Positions 8,126 to 16,499 of a stretch of 36,940 bases of DNA are shown one piece after another. Position numbers and translations under genes: made by a program. The notes under the pieces were generated by a model. That model worked only from the letters and a program-made list of their open reading frames with translations. It ran no database searches and had not been told where the DNA came from. Origin of the DNA: Bacilli bacterium (lineage in GTDB: Bacteria > Bacillota_I > Bacilli_A > RFN20 > CAG-826); contig JAILRR010000097.1 in the NCBI GenBank assembly GCA_024698065.1, forward strand, positions 1 to 36,940, given 5' to 3'. The first letter of the stretch is position 1, and each line of letters opens with the position of its first letter.

Positions 8126-8794
8126 ATGATTGATATCCATAACCATATCCTCTATGGAGTTGATGATGGCTCCAAAGACCTTGAGATGTCTTTAGCCATG
8201 CTCAAAGAGGAAATGGATAATGGGGTCAGTCTCATCTATCTCACTCCGCATCAGAACAAGAACACTTTGACTGGGACCATCCTTAGGGACAGGTACCAGT
8301 CTTTTTTGTCTGAAGTCAAAGAGAAGGGGATCGATATGGATATCCGCTTAGGCGCGGAAATCTATTATTACCCTGGACTCAAACAAGACCTCATCTCTGG
8401 CAAAGCCCTCACGATGGATGATTCCAAATACGTCCTTGTCGAATTCTCAACGAGAACGGAAACCAATATCTCTGAGATCATCTATGAGCTTAGTGTGGCA
8501 GGATATAAGCCAATCGTCGCCCATATCGAAAGATATCCTTATCTCAAGAAAGCCGATTATTTCGATATCAAAGATGCAGGGGCGCTCATCCAAATTAATG
8601 CAGGCTCTTTTTCTCATTTCTCCATGAGAGGAATCATCAAATATCTTCTTAAGAATGATCTTGTCGATTATGTTGCTTCGGATGCGCATGATCCAATAAA
8701 GAGAAAAGTCGATTTCTCTTTCGTTCATGGCTACATCAAAAAGAAATATCCTTCTTTTTATACAAAGCTGATTGAGATGAAGAAGATTGGCTAA
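8126..8794 (+). CDS. PHP-family Mn-dependent protein-tyrosine phosphatase (CpsB/YwqE type)
   Basis: MIDIHNHILYGVDDGSKD N-terminus, IVAHIERY, and ASDAHD near the C-terminus. Starts 6 nt after the kinase gene. Confidence 0.85.
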   Translation: MIDIHNHILYGVDDGSKDLEMSLAMLKEEMDNGVSLIYLTPHQNKNTLTGTILRDRYQSFLSEVKEKGIDMDIRLGAEIYYYPGLKQDLISGKALTMDDSKYVLVEFSTRTETNISEIIYELSVAGYKPIVAHIERYPYLKKADYFDIKDAGALIQINAGSFSHFSMRGIIKYLLKNDLVDYVASDAHDPIKRKVDFSFVHGYIKKKYPSFYTKLIEMKKIG

Positions 8795-8886
8795 GAACGC
8801 TCTTTATTTGCTCTAATAAGCCAAAATATTGCAACTATAGAATCATATTAGGTTTTGTAGATAGATGATTTGTGCACGATGAAAAC

Positions 8887-8948
8887 GCAACGCAAAATTT
8901 TTCGTTGCAGATACATTGCAAATTTGAAACGAAAGAATCTCTTTCGTT
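8887..8948. promoter_or_regulatory. two operator-like inverted repeats in the 338-nt leader of the HTH-glmM gene
   Basis: GCAACG (8887-8892)-N10-CGTTGC (8903-8908) and AACGAAAG (8928-8935)-N5-CTTTCGTT (8941-8948). The related octamer ATTGCAAC occurs at 8828-8835 and 9101-9108, and ATTGCAAA at 8915-8922. Confidence 0.3.
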
Positions 8949-9132
8949 GCATTTCGTGTCCTGAAAAGCTTTTTAGAGAACCTCTCACCCTTTATATCCT
9001 TAATATTAATATATTCATTCTATGTAAAAATTTGTTACCGCAACTACTATTTACATTCCTTTTGCCAAGAAAAACCTGTAGAATATCGTTAATTGAGTAA
9101 ATTGCAACCTAGAGTTGACGAGGGAAACAGCT

Positions 9133-10773
9133 ATGACAATTGCAGAAAAATTAATCCATCTCAGGATGAATGCCTCTTTGTCCCAACTTGATTTGGCCAA
9201 TGCTCTCAAAGTGAGCCGCCAATCAGTCTCCAAATGGGAAAAAGGCGAATGCGTTCCATCCCTCGACAAAGCCTTAGAGCTTTGCTCTCTTTTCAAGATC
9301 AGCATCGATGAACTCGTCAATGAGTCCATCGTCATCAACAAAAAGGAATCCAAGAAAGAAGAAGTGCCAGAAGAAGGGAATCATTATTTCGGCACTGACG
9401 GCTTTAGAGGCGAATCGAACAAAAACCTCACCGTCATGCACGCTTTCCAGACTGGAAGATTCCTTGGCTGGTATTTCAACCAACCTCAGTTCGCTAAGCT
9501 CCATGCTGGGCAAGAGAGACCGAGGATCTGCATCGGCAAAGACACAAGAAGGTCCTCATACATGTTTGAGTACGCTTTATGCGCAGGTATCACTAGCAGT
9601 GGCGCCGATGCCTATATCCTCCATGTCACCACGACCCCAAGTGTCTCTTATATCACTAGAAGCGAGCACTTCGACTGTGGTGTCATGATCACCGCCTCCC
9701 ATAACATCTTCTACGATAACGGAATCAAGGTTCTTAACCACAATGGCGAGAAGATGGAAGACGATGTCGCCCATTTGATTGAATGCTATATCGACAAGAA
9801 GTTCGACAAGCTTGGACTTCCTGGTGCGACAGACCTTCCATATGCCGAGCGAGAGAACATCGGCAAAGTCATCGACTTCGAAGAAGGAAGAGCGAGATAC
9901 ACCGGTTACCTTATTTCAACTATCCCAACCTCATTTAGAGGTTTGAGGATCGCTCTTGATACCGCTAACGGCGCTTCCTGGGCCATCGCCCCTCAGGTCT
10001 TCAAGACCTTAGGCGCCGATATCACCGTCATCGGTGATGAGCCAAATGGCCTTAACACCAACAAAGACTGCGGCTCAACCCATATCGAGAAACTCGTCGA
10101 ACTCGTCAAAGAAGGCAAGTTCGATGTCGGATTCGCTTTCGATGGCGATGCCGATAGATGCTTAGCCGTCGACAAAGACGGTTCCCTCATCGATGGCGAC
10201 AAGATCATGTATATCCTTGGTCTTAGACTCAAGAGACATAGAACGCTCAAGAATGATGTCGTTGTCTCAACCATCATGTCTAACAGCGGTTTCGCCAAAG
10301 CTCTTGAGGATGTTGGCATCAAAACCGTCCAGACCGCAGTCGGTGACAGATTCGTCTATGAAGAGATGATGAAAAATGATTACTGGATCGGTGGAGAACA
10401 AAGCGGTCACATCATCCTCAGAAAATACCAGAATACAGGTGATGGCATCTTGACTGCTCTCAAACTCACAGAAGAGATGCTCGATACTAAAAAATCCTTA
10501 GGAGAGCTTTCTAGTGCCGTCCACGAATTCCCACAACAGCTTGAGAACGTTCGCGTCATTGACAAGAAAGCCGTCCTCGCTGACAAAGAGATTGTTGAGA
10601 AAGTCGAGAAGATCAACAAAGAGATCAAAGGCAAAGGCCGTATCCTTCTCCGTGAAAGTGGAACCGAGCCAGTCGTCCGTATCATGCTTGAGTCCGATGA
10701 CAAAGAGATGAACCAAAGATACATCGACACCATCAAGGCCATGATCAAAAAGGGAGGATACATCGGTGAGTAA
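9133..10773 (+). CDS. glmM: phosphoglucosamine mutase with an N-terminal XRE-family helix-turn-helix domain (fusion)
   Basis: The ATG at 9133 has GAGGGA 7 nt upstream, whereas the track start at 9115 is a TTG. aa 1-60 is HTH_XRE-like (LSQLDLANALKVSRQSVSKWEKGECVPSLDKALELCSLFKISIDELV). This is followed by GlmM motifs YFGTDGFRG, ITASHNIFYDNGIK, FDGDADR, GGEQSGH and RESGTEPVVR. Confidence 0.85.
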   Translation: MTIAEKLIHLRMNASLSQLDLANALKVSRQSVSKWEKGECVPSLDKALELCSLFKISIDELVNESIVINKKESKKEEVPEEGNHYFGTDGFRGESNKNLTVMHAFQTGRFLGWYFNQPQFAKLHAGQERPRICIGKDTRRSSYMFEYALCAGITSSGADAYILHVTTTPSVSYITRSEHFDCGVMITASHNIFYDNGIKVLNHNGEKMEDDVAHLIECYIDKKFDKLGLPGATDLPYAERENIGKVIDFEEGRARYTGYLISTIPTSFRGLRIALDTANGASWAIAPQVFKTLGADITVIGDEPNGLNTNKDCGSTHIEKLVELVKEGKFDVGFAFDGDADRCLAVDKDGSLIDGDKIMYILGLRLKRHRTLKNDVVVSTIMSNSGFAKALEDVGIKTVQTAVGDRFVYEEMMKNDYWIGGEQSGHIILRKYQNTGDGILTALKLTEEMLDTKKSLGELSSAVHEFPQQLENVRVIDKKAVLADKEIVEKVEKINKEIKGKGRILLRESGTEPVVRIMLESDDKEMNQRYIDTIKAMIKKGGYIGE

Positions 10774-11431
10774 CATCAAAGTCAAAGATTTATACACTCC
10801 AAGCGGAATCGACTATATCGATGATTATGTCTTCTCCAAGGAATATCCTTGGGAACTCCTTGGAGGCATCAAAGAATACATCAAATCCCTTATCGAAAAA
10901 GGCATGCCTGGATTCGATAAAATCCAACCAGATGTCCTTATCGGTCAGGATACGACGATCGCCAAAACCGCGACCATCATCGGTCCAACCATCATCGGTC
11001 ACAACGTTGAGATAAGGCCTGGCGCCTATATCAGGGGAGCGGTTATCGTCGGAGATGAATCCGTCGTCGGAAATAGCTCTGAGCTTAAGAACGCCATTCT
11101 CATGAAACACTGCCAGTGCCCTCACTATAACTATGTCGGCGATTCCATCTTAGGGAACTACGCCCACACAGGCGCAGGCTCAATCCTCTCCAACCTTAAG
11201 AGCGACAACAAACCTGTCGTCATCCATAACGAAGGGGAGAACATTGAGACAGGTATCAGAAAGATTGGCTCATTCTTAGCCGATCACGCTGATATCGGAT
11301 GTGGTTCCGTCCTTAACCCAGGAACCATCATTGGGCAAAACACCCAAGTCTATCCTTTGACCATGTGTAGAGGGGTCTACGCGCCAAATTCAATCGTCAA
11401 AGGAACCAAAGAAATCGTAAAGAAGAGGTAA
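10766..11431 (+). CDS. left-handed beta-helix (hexapeptide-repeat) acetyltransferase resembling the GlmU C-terminal domain
   Basis: GTG start overlaps the glmM stop by 8 nt, with AAGGGAGGA upstream. Hexapeptide-like repeats (IGPTIIGHNVEIRPGAYIRGAVIVGDESVVGNSSELKN ... YVGDSILGNYAHTGAGSILSN ... IGCGSVLNPGTIIGQNTQV). Confidence 0.7.
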   Translation: MSNIKVKDLYTPSGIDYIDDYVFSKEYPWELLGGIKEYIKSLIEKGMPGFDKIQPDVLIGQDTTIAKTATIIGPTIIGHNVEIRPGAYIRGAVIVGDESVVGNSSELKNAILMKHCQCPHYNYVGDSILGNYAHTGAGSILSNLKSDNKPVVIHNEGENIETGIRKIGSFLADHADIGCGSVLNPGTIIGQNTQVYPLTMCRGVYAPNSIVKGTKEIVKKR

Positions 11432-11437
11432 AGCAAC

Positions 11438-12160
11438 ATGAAAGTTATCGTTGGAGATGAGAAAAGCATCTCACAGATGATCGCTGACGAATTCGTCAAA
11501 GTGGTCAAAAACAAACCAAACGCCGTTCTTGGCTTAGCGACTGGAACTTCTCCACTCCTTGTCTATGCCGATATGGCCGAAGCCTACAAGAAAGGCGAAG
11601 TCTCTTTCAAAGACTGCAAGTCCTTCAACCTCGATGAATATGTCGGCTTAGAAGGAACCCACAACCAGTCATACAGATATTTCATGACTGAGAATCTTTT
11701 CAAGCATATTGATATCAAACTTGAGAACACCCATGTCCTTCTTGGCGTTGGTGATTACAAAGCCTACATGAACCAATATGACAAAGAGATCGAAGATGCC
11801 GGTGGCATCGATATCCAGATCCTTGGCATCGGAAGCGATGGCCATATCGCTTTCAATGAGCCAGGAACCTCCTTCGATTCCTTAACTCATGAAACCGAAC
11901 TCACTGAACAAACCATCAAAGACAACAGCCGTCTTTTCAATGATATCAGTGAGGTTCCTACCCGCGCTGTCACGATGGGTCTTGCTTCCATCATGAAAGC
12001 GAAGAAGATCGTGCTCATCGCTACTGGCAAAAACAAAGCCAAAGCCGTCTATGGCCTCATCAAAGGCGAGATGAGCGAAGACATGCCTTGCTCCATCCTC
12101 CAGAAACACCAAGACGTCACCGTCTACGTCGACGAAGAAGCCTACTCCTTAGTTAAGTAG
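11438..12160 (+). CDS. nagB: glucosamine-6-phosphate deaminase
   Basis: LGLATGTSP, FNLDEYVG, ILGIGSDGHIAFNEPG. 240 aa. AAGAGG RBS. Confidence 0.9.
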   Translation: MKVIVGDEKSISQMIADEFVKVVKNKPNAVLGLATGTSPLLVYADMAEAYKKGEVSFKDCKSFNLDEYVGLEGTHNQSYRYFMTENLFKHIDIKLENTHVLLGVGDYKAYMNQYDKEIEDAGGIDIQILGIGSDGHIAFNEPGTSFDSLTHETELTEQTIKDNSRLFNDISEVPTRAVTMGLASIMKAKKIVLIATGKNKAKAVYGLIKGEMSEDMPCSILQKHQDVTVYVDEEAYSLVK

Positions 12161-12217
12161 CCCCCTTGTTTTTATTGGGGGCGGCTTTTCTAACTACCGC
12201 CCCCTTTTCTCTTTTTA
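12160..12217 (+). terminator. terminator with an overlapping alternative hairpin (possible attenuator) between nagB and gdhA
   Basis: Hairpin 1 is GCCCCC (12160-12165)/GGGGGC (12177-12182). Hairpin 2 is GGGGGCGG (12177-12184)/CCGCCCCC (12197-12204), followed by TTTTCTCTTTTT (12206-12217). The two hairpins share the G-run and so are mutually exclusive. Confidence 0.5.
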
Positions 12218-12234
12218 AGAAAGGAATATACACC

Positions 12235-13569
12235 ATGAAGTACATTGAAGAGATCATCGAAAAAGTCAAAGCCGAAAACCCAGATCAACCTGAGTTCCTC
12301 CAAGCCGTCAAGGAAGTCCTTGAGAGCTTAGAGCCAATCATCTCCATGAACGAAGAGAAGTACCGTAGCCAAAAGCTTCTCGAGAAACTCGTCGTCCCTA
12401 ATAACATCGTCAAGTTCGATGTCAAATGGATGGATGACAATGGAGTGGAGCAAACCAACAAAGGATATCGCGTCCAGTTCAACAACGCCGTCGGTGTCTA
12501 TAAAGGTGGCCTCCGCCTTCATCCTTCCGTCAATCTCTCCATCCTTAAGTTCTTAGCCTTTGAGCAATGCTTCAAGAATGCCTTAACCGGTTGCCCAATG
12601 GGCGGTGGCAAAGGAGGATCTGACTTTGATCCTAAAGGCAAGAGCGAAGCTGAGGTCAAACGTTTCTGCATCGCCTTCATGGATAAGCTCTATCCACATA
12701 TCGGCGTTGGTGTCGATGTCCCAGCCGGCGATATCGGTGTCGGCGGAAGAGAGATCGGCTTCATGGCCGAGGAATATAAGAAACAGACCGGTACCTTAGG
12801 CGGTGTCCTTACTGGCAAACCTCTTTCGATGGGTGGTTCCTTATGCAGAACCGAAGCGACCGGTTATGGTCTTGTCTACTTCGCCGAAGAGATGCTTAAG
12901 AAGAGGCATGATTCCTTTGAAGGAAAGACTGTCGTCGTTTCTGGTTCAGGAAACGTCGCCATCTACGCGATTGAGAAGTGTGAGCAGCTTGGTGCGAAAG
13001 TAGTGGGCTGCTGCGATTCCTCTGGTTGGATCTATGACAAAGATGGCATCGATGTCGCTCTCTTGAAAGAGATCAAAGAAGTGAAAAGAGAAAGACTTTC
13101 TTCATACGCTGCGGCTAGACCAAGCGCTGAATATCACGAAGGCAAAGGCGTCTATTCCATCAAGTGTGACATCTATATGCCATGCGCCACTCAGAATGAA
13201 CTTGATCTTGAAGGTGCTAAACTCCTCGTCAAGAATGGCTGCTTCGCTGTCTGCGAAGGTGCGAACATGCCAACAACTAGAGAAGCAACCGAATACCTTC
13301 TTGCCAACAAAGTCTTATTCACCCCAGGCAAAGCTTCTAATGCCGGCGGTGTCTCTTGCTCCTACCTTGAGATGGTTCAGAACGCCAATAACGAATCCTG
13401 GCCATTCGAGAAGGTCGATATGAAGCTCAAAGAGATCATGGTCAACATCTTCCATAACGTTGATGAGGCCGCAAAAGAAGTAGGGCAGGAAGACAACTAC
13501 GTTGTCGGCGCGAACATCGCTGGCTTCAAGATCATCTATGACGCCATGTCCAAAAAAGGACTTCTCTAA
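12235..13569 (+). CDS. gdhA: glutamate dehydrogenase (hexameric GdhA family)
   Basis: I chose the ATG at 12235 (MKYIEEIIEKVK...) because the track start at 12166 lies inside the terminator hairpins. Motifs include GCPMGGGKGGSDFDPKG and a GSGNVA dinucleotide fold. Confidence 0.9.
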   Translation: MKYIEEIIEKVKAENPDQPEFLQAVKEVLESLEPIISMNEEKYRSQKLLEKLVVPNNIVKFDVKWMDDNGVEQTNKGYRVQFNNAVGVYKGGLRLHPSVNLSILKFLAFEQCFKNALTGCPMGGGKGGSDFDPKGKSEAEVKRFCIAFMDKLYPHIGVGVDVPAGDIGVGGREIGFMAEEYKKQTGTLGGVLTGKPLSMGGSLCRTEATGYGLVYFAEEMLKKRHDSFEGKTVVVSGSGNVAIYAIEKCEQLGAKVVGCCDSSGWIYDKDGIDVALLKEIKEVKRERLSSYAAARPSAEYHEGKGVYSIKCDIYMPCATQNELDLEGAKLLVKNGCFAVCEGANMPTTREATEYLLANKVLFTPGKASNAGGVSCSYLEMVQNANNESWPFEKVDMKLKEIMVNIFHNVDEAAKEVGQEDNYVVGANIAGFKIIYDAMSKKGLL

Positions 13570-13585
13570 TCAAACACAAAAAAGG

Positions 13586-13616
13586 AATCCCCTGATGAAT
13601 CAGGGGATTTTTTTCT
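13586..13616. terminator. bidirectional intrinsic terminator between the convergent gdhA and lipoprotein genes
   Basis: AATCCCCTGA (13586-13595)/TCAGGGGATT (13600-13609), a 10-bp stem with a 4-nt loop. An A-run lies upstream and a T-run downstream. Confidence 0.8.
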
Positions 13617-13726
13617 TGCCTCTTGTTCTATATTGATGGGTGTCATTCAACTTGAATGTACAGACTGTACAAACAAGTTTGAGAACCATGAATAATCGCC
13701 CTATTGTGTTCGTGAGGCAAAGACCT

Positions 13727-14152
13727 TCATGAGACGTAATAAAAAAGGCTTAGATCTTTGACGGCAATATCGTCGAAATCAACGAATTGAGTGCATTCAA
13801 AATCATAGAAGAAGGAGTTGATATAATATGCCCCGGTGCCTCCCAACACTCTTGATAAATCGGGGTTGAGCAATCTATCGTAAGTCGCGGTTTCCCCTCT
13901 TCTTATGATTGGTTCTCCATTTTTGACGGTGAACGTGGTGTCGAACCTCGCGCCTTCGGGAATATTCGTTTGTCTATTCATAAAAACTTCATAGACATAC
14001 ATCGTGGACTCGCCTTCGTATGAGGTTGCGGCAACGCTTTCGAAAGAAGAGGAAGATTCGCTTTTTAAAAGGCCGGACTCTTCCGCAACACTAGGGGCGG
14101 GGGCGCATGCTGAAAGGATTGCCGACGTTGCAATCAATAGTGCCTTTTTCAT
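13727..14152 (-). CDS. lipoprotein of unknown function
   Basis: I chose the ATG at 14152 (MKKALLIATSAILSAC, lipobox LSAC) with GAAGGAA upstream. The track start at 14185 adds 11 residues that do not look like signal peptide. Confidence 0.65.
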   Translation of the reverse strand: MKKALLIATSAILSACAPAPSVAEESGLLKSESSSSFESVAATSYEGESTMYVYEVFMNRQTNIPEGARFDTTFTVKNGEPIIRRGETATYDRLLNPDLSRVLGGTGAYYINSFFYDFECTQFVDFDDIAVKDLSLFYYVS

Positions 14153-14203
14153 TTTTTTGTTCCTTCTTTCTTGAATAACGTTCATTGATTTGTTGTTTTT
14201 TTG

Positions 14204-14231
14204 TAAAAGAGGCGAGTTTGAGCTCGCCTCT
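14204..14231 (-). terminator. hairpin downstream of the lipoprotein paralogue array
   Basis: AGAGGCGAG (14208-14216)/CTCGCCTCT (14223-14231), a 9-bp stem. The U-run on the minus strand is short (TTTTAC). Confidence 0.4.
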
Positions 14232-14246
14232 CCTTCTTTGCCGTTG

Positions 14247-14879
14247 TTAGTATTCGACTCCGCCCCACTCAGTGACGGTGAATCCGGTTCTTTCGTAATG
14301 GGTCAAGGTTTGTTCCTTAATTGGAGTCTCTTCACTCACTTTCTTGATGTGAATAAGGGTTCGGATCATTGAAGTAGGCTCAATTGAGAATGATAGAGGA
14401 CACTCCTCATTTCTCTCTTCGGTCTGCTCGAAGTAGACAAGGGACTTCTCATTGTTCTCAAGGATCGGGAGCCAGTACATGATGAACTCATCGACTTCCT
14501 TGTTCGTATAGCCGATGAAATCCATCTTCTCCTCTAAGAAGGATATCGCGTTCTCTTTGGTGACATAGAATCCTTCATCAAAGTCACAGCTGTAGTTAGA
14601 GATCTCATCGAAATACAAGGCGTAATACTCTCTATCGTTTCCAGGGAGAGTGAATGTTCCATCTTCCTTGAGATGGATGTTCCAACCGTCCTCATACTTA
14701 GGGTAGGTGGTTACGAGCCTCTCATCTTGGAGGTATGTGACCTCAAGATCCATCTCTTCATCAGGGTAGAAGTAGATGATTGGCTTTCTACTCATTGGTC
14801 CTGAAGATTTGTCTTTGCAGTTTGTGCAACCTCCTAGTACGATCCCAAATAAAGCCAACAATAGAAACTGTTTCTTCAT
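14247..14879 (-). CDS. lipoprotein, tandem paralogue 1 (unknown family ending TEWGGxEY)
   Basis: ATG at 14879 (MKKQFLLLALFGIVLGGC, lipobox). Conserved core: KPIIYFYPDEEMDLEVTY...YPKYEDGWNIHLKEDGTFT...EFIMYWLPILENNEKSLVYFEQTEERNEECPL...FTVTEWGGVEY. Confidence 0.8.
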   Translation of the reverse strand: MKKQFLLLALFGIVLGGCTNCKDKSSGPMSRKPIIYFYPDEEMDLEVTYLQDERLVTTYPKYEDGWNIHLKEDGTFTLPGNDREYYALYFDEISNYSCDFDEGFYVTKENAISFLEEKMDFIGYTNKEVDEFIMYWLPILENNEKSLVYFEQTEERNEECPLSFSIEPTSMIRTLIHIKKVSEETPIKEQTLTHYERTGFTVTEWGGVEY

Positions 14880-14896
14880 GGTTGTTTTTTCCTTTT

Positions 14897-15595
14897 TTAA
14901 TATTCTGTTCCGCCCCACTCGGTGACGGTGAATCCGCTTCTATTGTAGTGAATTAGGCTCTGTTCTTGAATATCAGTTTCTTCATCTACTTTCTTGATAT
15001 GGATGATTGTCCTTATGAGAGTGTCCGGAGCAACGGAGAATCCTAATGGGCATTCCTCGTTTCTTTCCTCGGTCTGCTCAAAGTAGACAAGGGACTTCTC
15101 ATTGTTTTCAAGGATAGGGAGCCAATACATGATGAATTCATCGCTCTCTCTATCTGTGTATCCGATGAAATCCATCTTTTCTTCTAGGAAAGATATCGCG
15201 TTCTCTTTGGTGACGTAGAAACCTTCAGTGAAATCGCACACATAGTTAGGAGCCTCATCGAAGAAGAGCGCGTAATATTCTCTGCCACTCGTTCTGGTTG
15301 TGAAAGTCCCATCTTCTTTGAGGTGAATGTTCCAGCCATCCTCATACTTAGGGTAGGTGGTCATCAGCCTTTCTTCGTTGAAGTAGGCGACAGTCAAGTC
15401 CATCTCTTCCTCAGGGTAGAAGTAGATGACCGGTTTCTTCACTACCTGACGGGAACTTGAATGGTTCCCATTCGGATGGTGTTCCTCCTCTTCGATGCAT
15501 GTGCATTGAGCGGAACCGTCCTCAGTTTCTGGCTGAGCTTTGCAGCCCGTAAGCAAAAAGGCAAACAAAGGGAATAAAAGAATGTGTCGTTTCAT
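14897..15595 (-). CDS. lipoprotein, tandem paralogue 2
   Basis: ATG at 15595 (MKRHILLFPLFAFLLTGC) with GGAGGAG upstream. The core is near-identical to paralogue 1 at both protein and nucleotide level. Confidence 0.8.
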   Translation of the reverse strand: MKRHILLFPLFAFLLTGCKAQPETEDGSAQCTCIEEEEHHPNGNHSSSRQVVKKPVIYFYPEEEMDLTVAYFNEERLMTTYPKYEDGWNIHLKEDGTFTTRTSGREYYALFFDEAPNYVCDFTEGFYVTKENAISFLEEKMDFIGYTDRESDEFIMYWLPILENNEKSLVYFEQTEERNEECPLGFSVAPDTLIRTIIHIKKVDEETDIQEQSLIHYNRSGFTVTEWGGTEY

Positions 15596-15653
15596 ATGTT
15601 TCCGCTCCTCCAGAAAATAAGACGATTGGCTGAGCGGAAATCGCTCAAAAGGG

Positions 15654-16499
15654 TCAGTATCTTGTTCCGCCCCACTCAGTGATTGTGAAACCATTTCTGT
15701 CATAATGGGTCAATTGCTCTGGAGCGATGCTCACTGGCCCATCAACGGCCTTAATGTGGATCATCGTTCTGATGAGGGTGTCTGGCTCAGTCGAGAAAGT
15801 GATAGGGAACTCGTTATTGCATTCCTCGGTCTGCTCAAAGTAGACAAGAGACTCTTCATTGCTCTCAAGGACAGGGAGCCAATACATGATGAACTCATCG
15901 GCCTCACGGTTTGTGAATCCCATATAATCGAGCTTCTCTTCTAAGAAGGACATGGCCATGTCACTCGTGACATAGAAGCCTTCATCGAAGGAACAGATAT
16001 ATTCGGAATTGGCTTCGTAATATAAAGCGTAATATTCTCTTGGGCTTCCTGGGACGGTTAAAGTGCCATCCTGAGCGATATGGATATTCCATCCTCCATC
16101 ATATTCAGGATATGTTGTCGTAAGAAGATCGTCCCTGACCACAGTGACAGTCATATCCATCTCTTCCTCAGGGTAGAAGTAGATGATTGGCTTAGCCATT
16201 TTAGGCTCTGAGTACGGTTCCTTAGAAGAGTCTTTTGAACTCTTCTTTTCTGTTGAGGGGACGAAAGGATTAGGCGGTATGGTGATTTTGGAATGGCTGC
16301 TTTCTTCTAGGAACGATGAAGAGTCCTCTTCCGAAGACGAAGAGTGAAGAGATGTTATTGGGTTATTTCCTCCAGTGCCCCTGGTGGTTAAGATCTCACC
16401 TTGGCTACTGCTAGAAGTCTTTCGAATGTCTTTTTGCGTTCCAACGCACCCCGATAAGAGAAGGGCTATTAAGGGTAGTAATGCAGCTTGTTTTTTCAT
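15654..16499 (-). CDS. lipoprotein, tandem paralogue 3, with a Ser-rich low-complexity linker
   Basis: MKKQAALLPLIALLLSGC lipobox, AGGAGAA RBS, an SSSS/EEDSSS linker, then the same conserved core ending FTITEWGGTRY. Confidence 0.8.
   Translation of the reverse strand: MKKQAALLPLIALLLSGCVGTQKDIRKTSSSSQGEILTTRGTGGNNPITSLHSSSSEEDSSSFLEESSHSKITIPPNPFVPSTEKKSSKDSSKEPYSEPKMAKPIIYFYPEEEMDMTVTVVRDDLLTTTYPEYDGGWNIHIAQDGTLTVPGSPREYYALYYEANSEYICSFDEGFYVTSDMAMSFLEEKLDYMGFTNREADEFIMYWLPVLESNEESLVYFEQTEECNNEFPITFSTEPDTLIRTMIHIKAVDGPVSIAPEQLTHYDRNGFTITEWGGTRY

Larger units (their letters stand above)
14247..16499 (-). repeat. tandem array of three paralogous lipoprotein genes (gene-sized direct repeats)
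   Basis: Long nucleotide blocks are shared, for example GGTCTGCTC[G/A]AAGTAGACAAG[G/A]GACT[T/C]TTCATTG...CCA[G/A]TACATGATGAA in all three copies. The leader motif AAGACGATTG is shared upstream of copies 2 and 3. Confidence 0.85.

Noticed and set aside
8870-9100. 76-aa ORF in the glmM leader
   Set aside because: It has a non-ATG track start, no Shine-Dalgarno before the internal ATG at 8879, and a Cys/Arg/Leu-rich translation. The region is better explained as a regulatory leader with repeated operator-like motifs.
9114-9123. GTTGACGAGG, a 10-mer identical to a highly conserved core segment of the glmS ribozyme, upstream of an amino-sugar gene
   Set aside because: The other conserved ribozyme elements (the AGCGCC cleavage-site/P1 region, the GGCGCC pairing, and the downstream P3-P4 domains) are absent. 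The start codon follows within 10 nt, so there is no room for the ribozyme. The match overlaps the RBS and looks coincidental.
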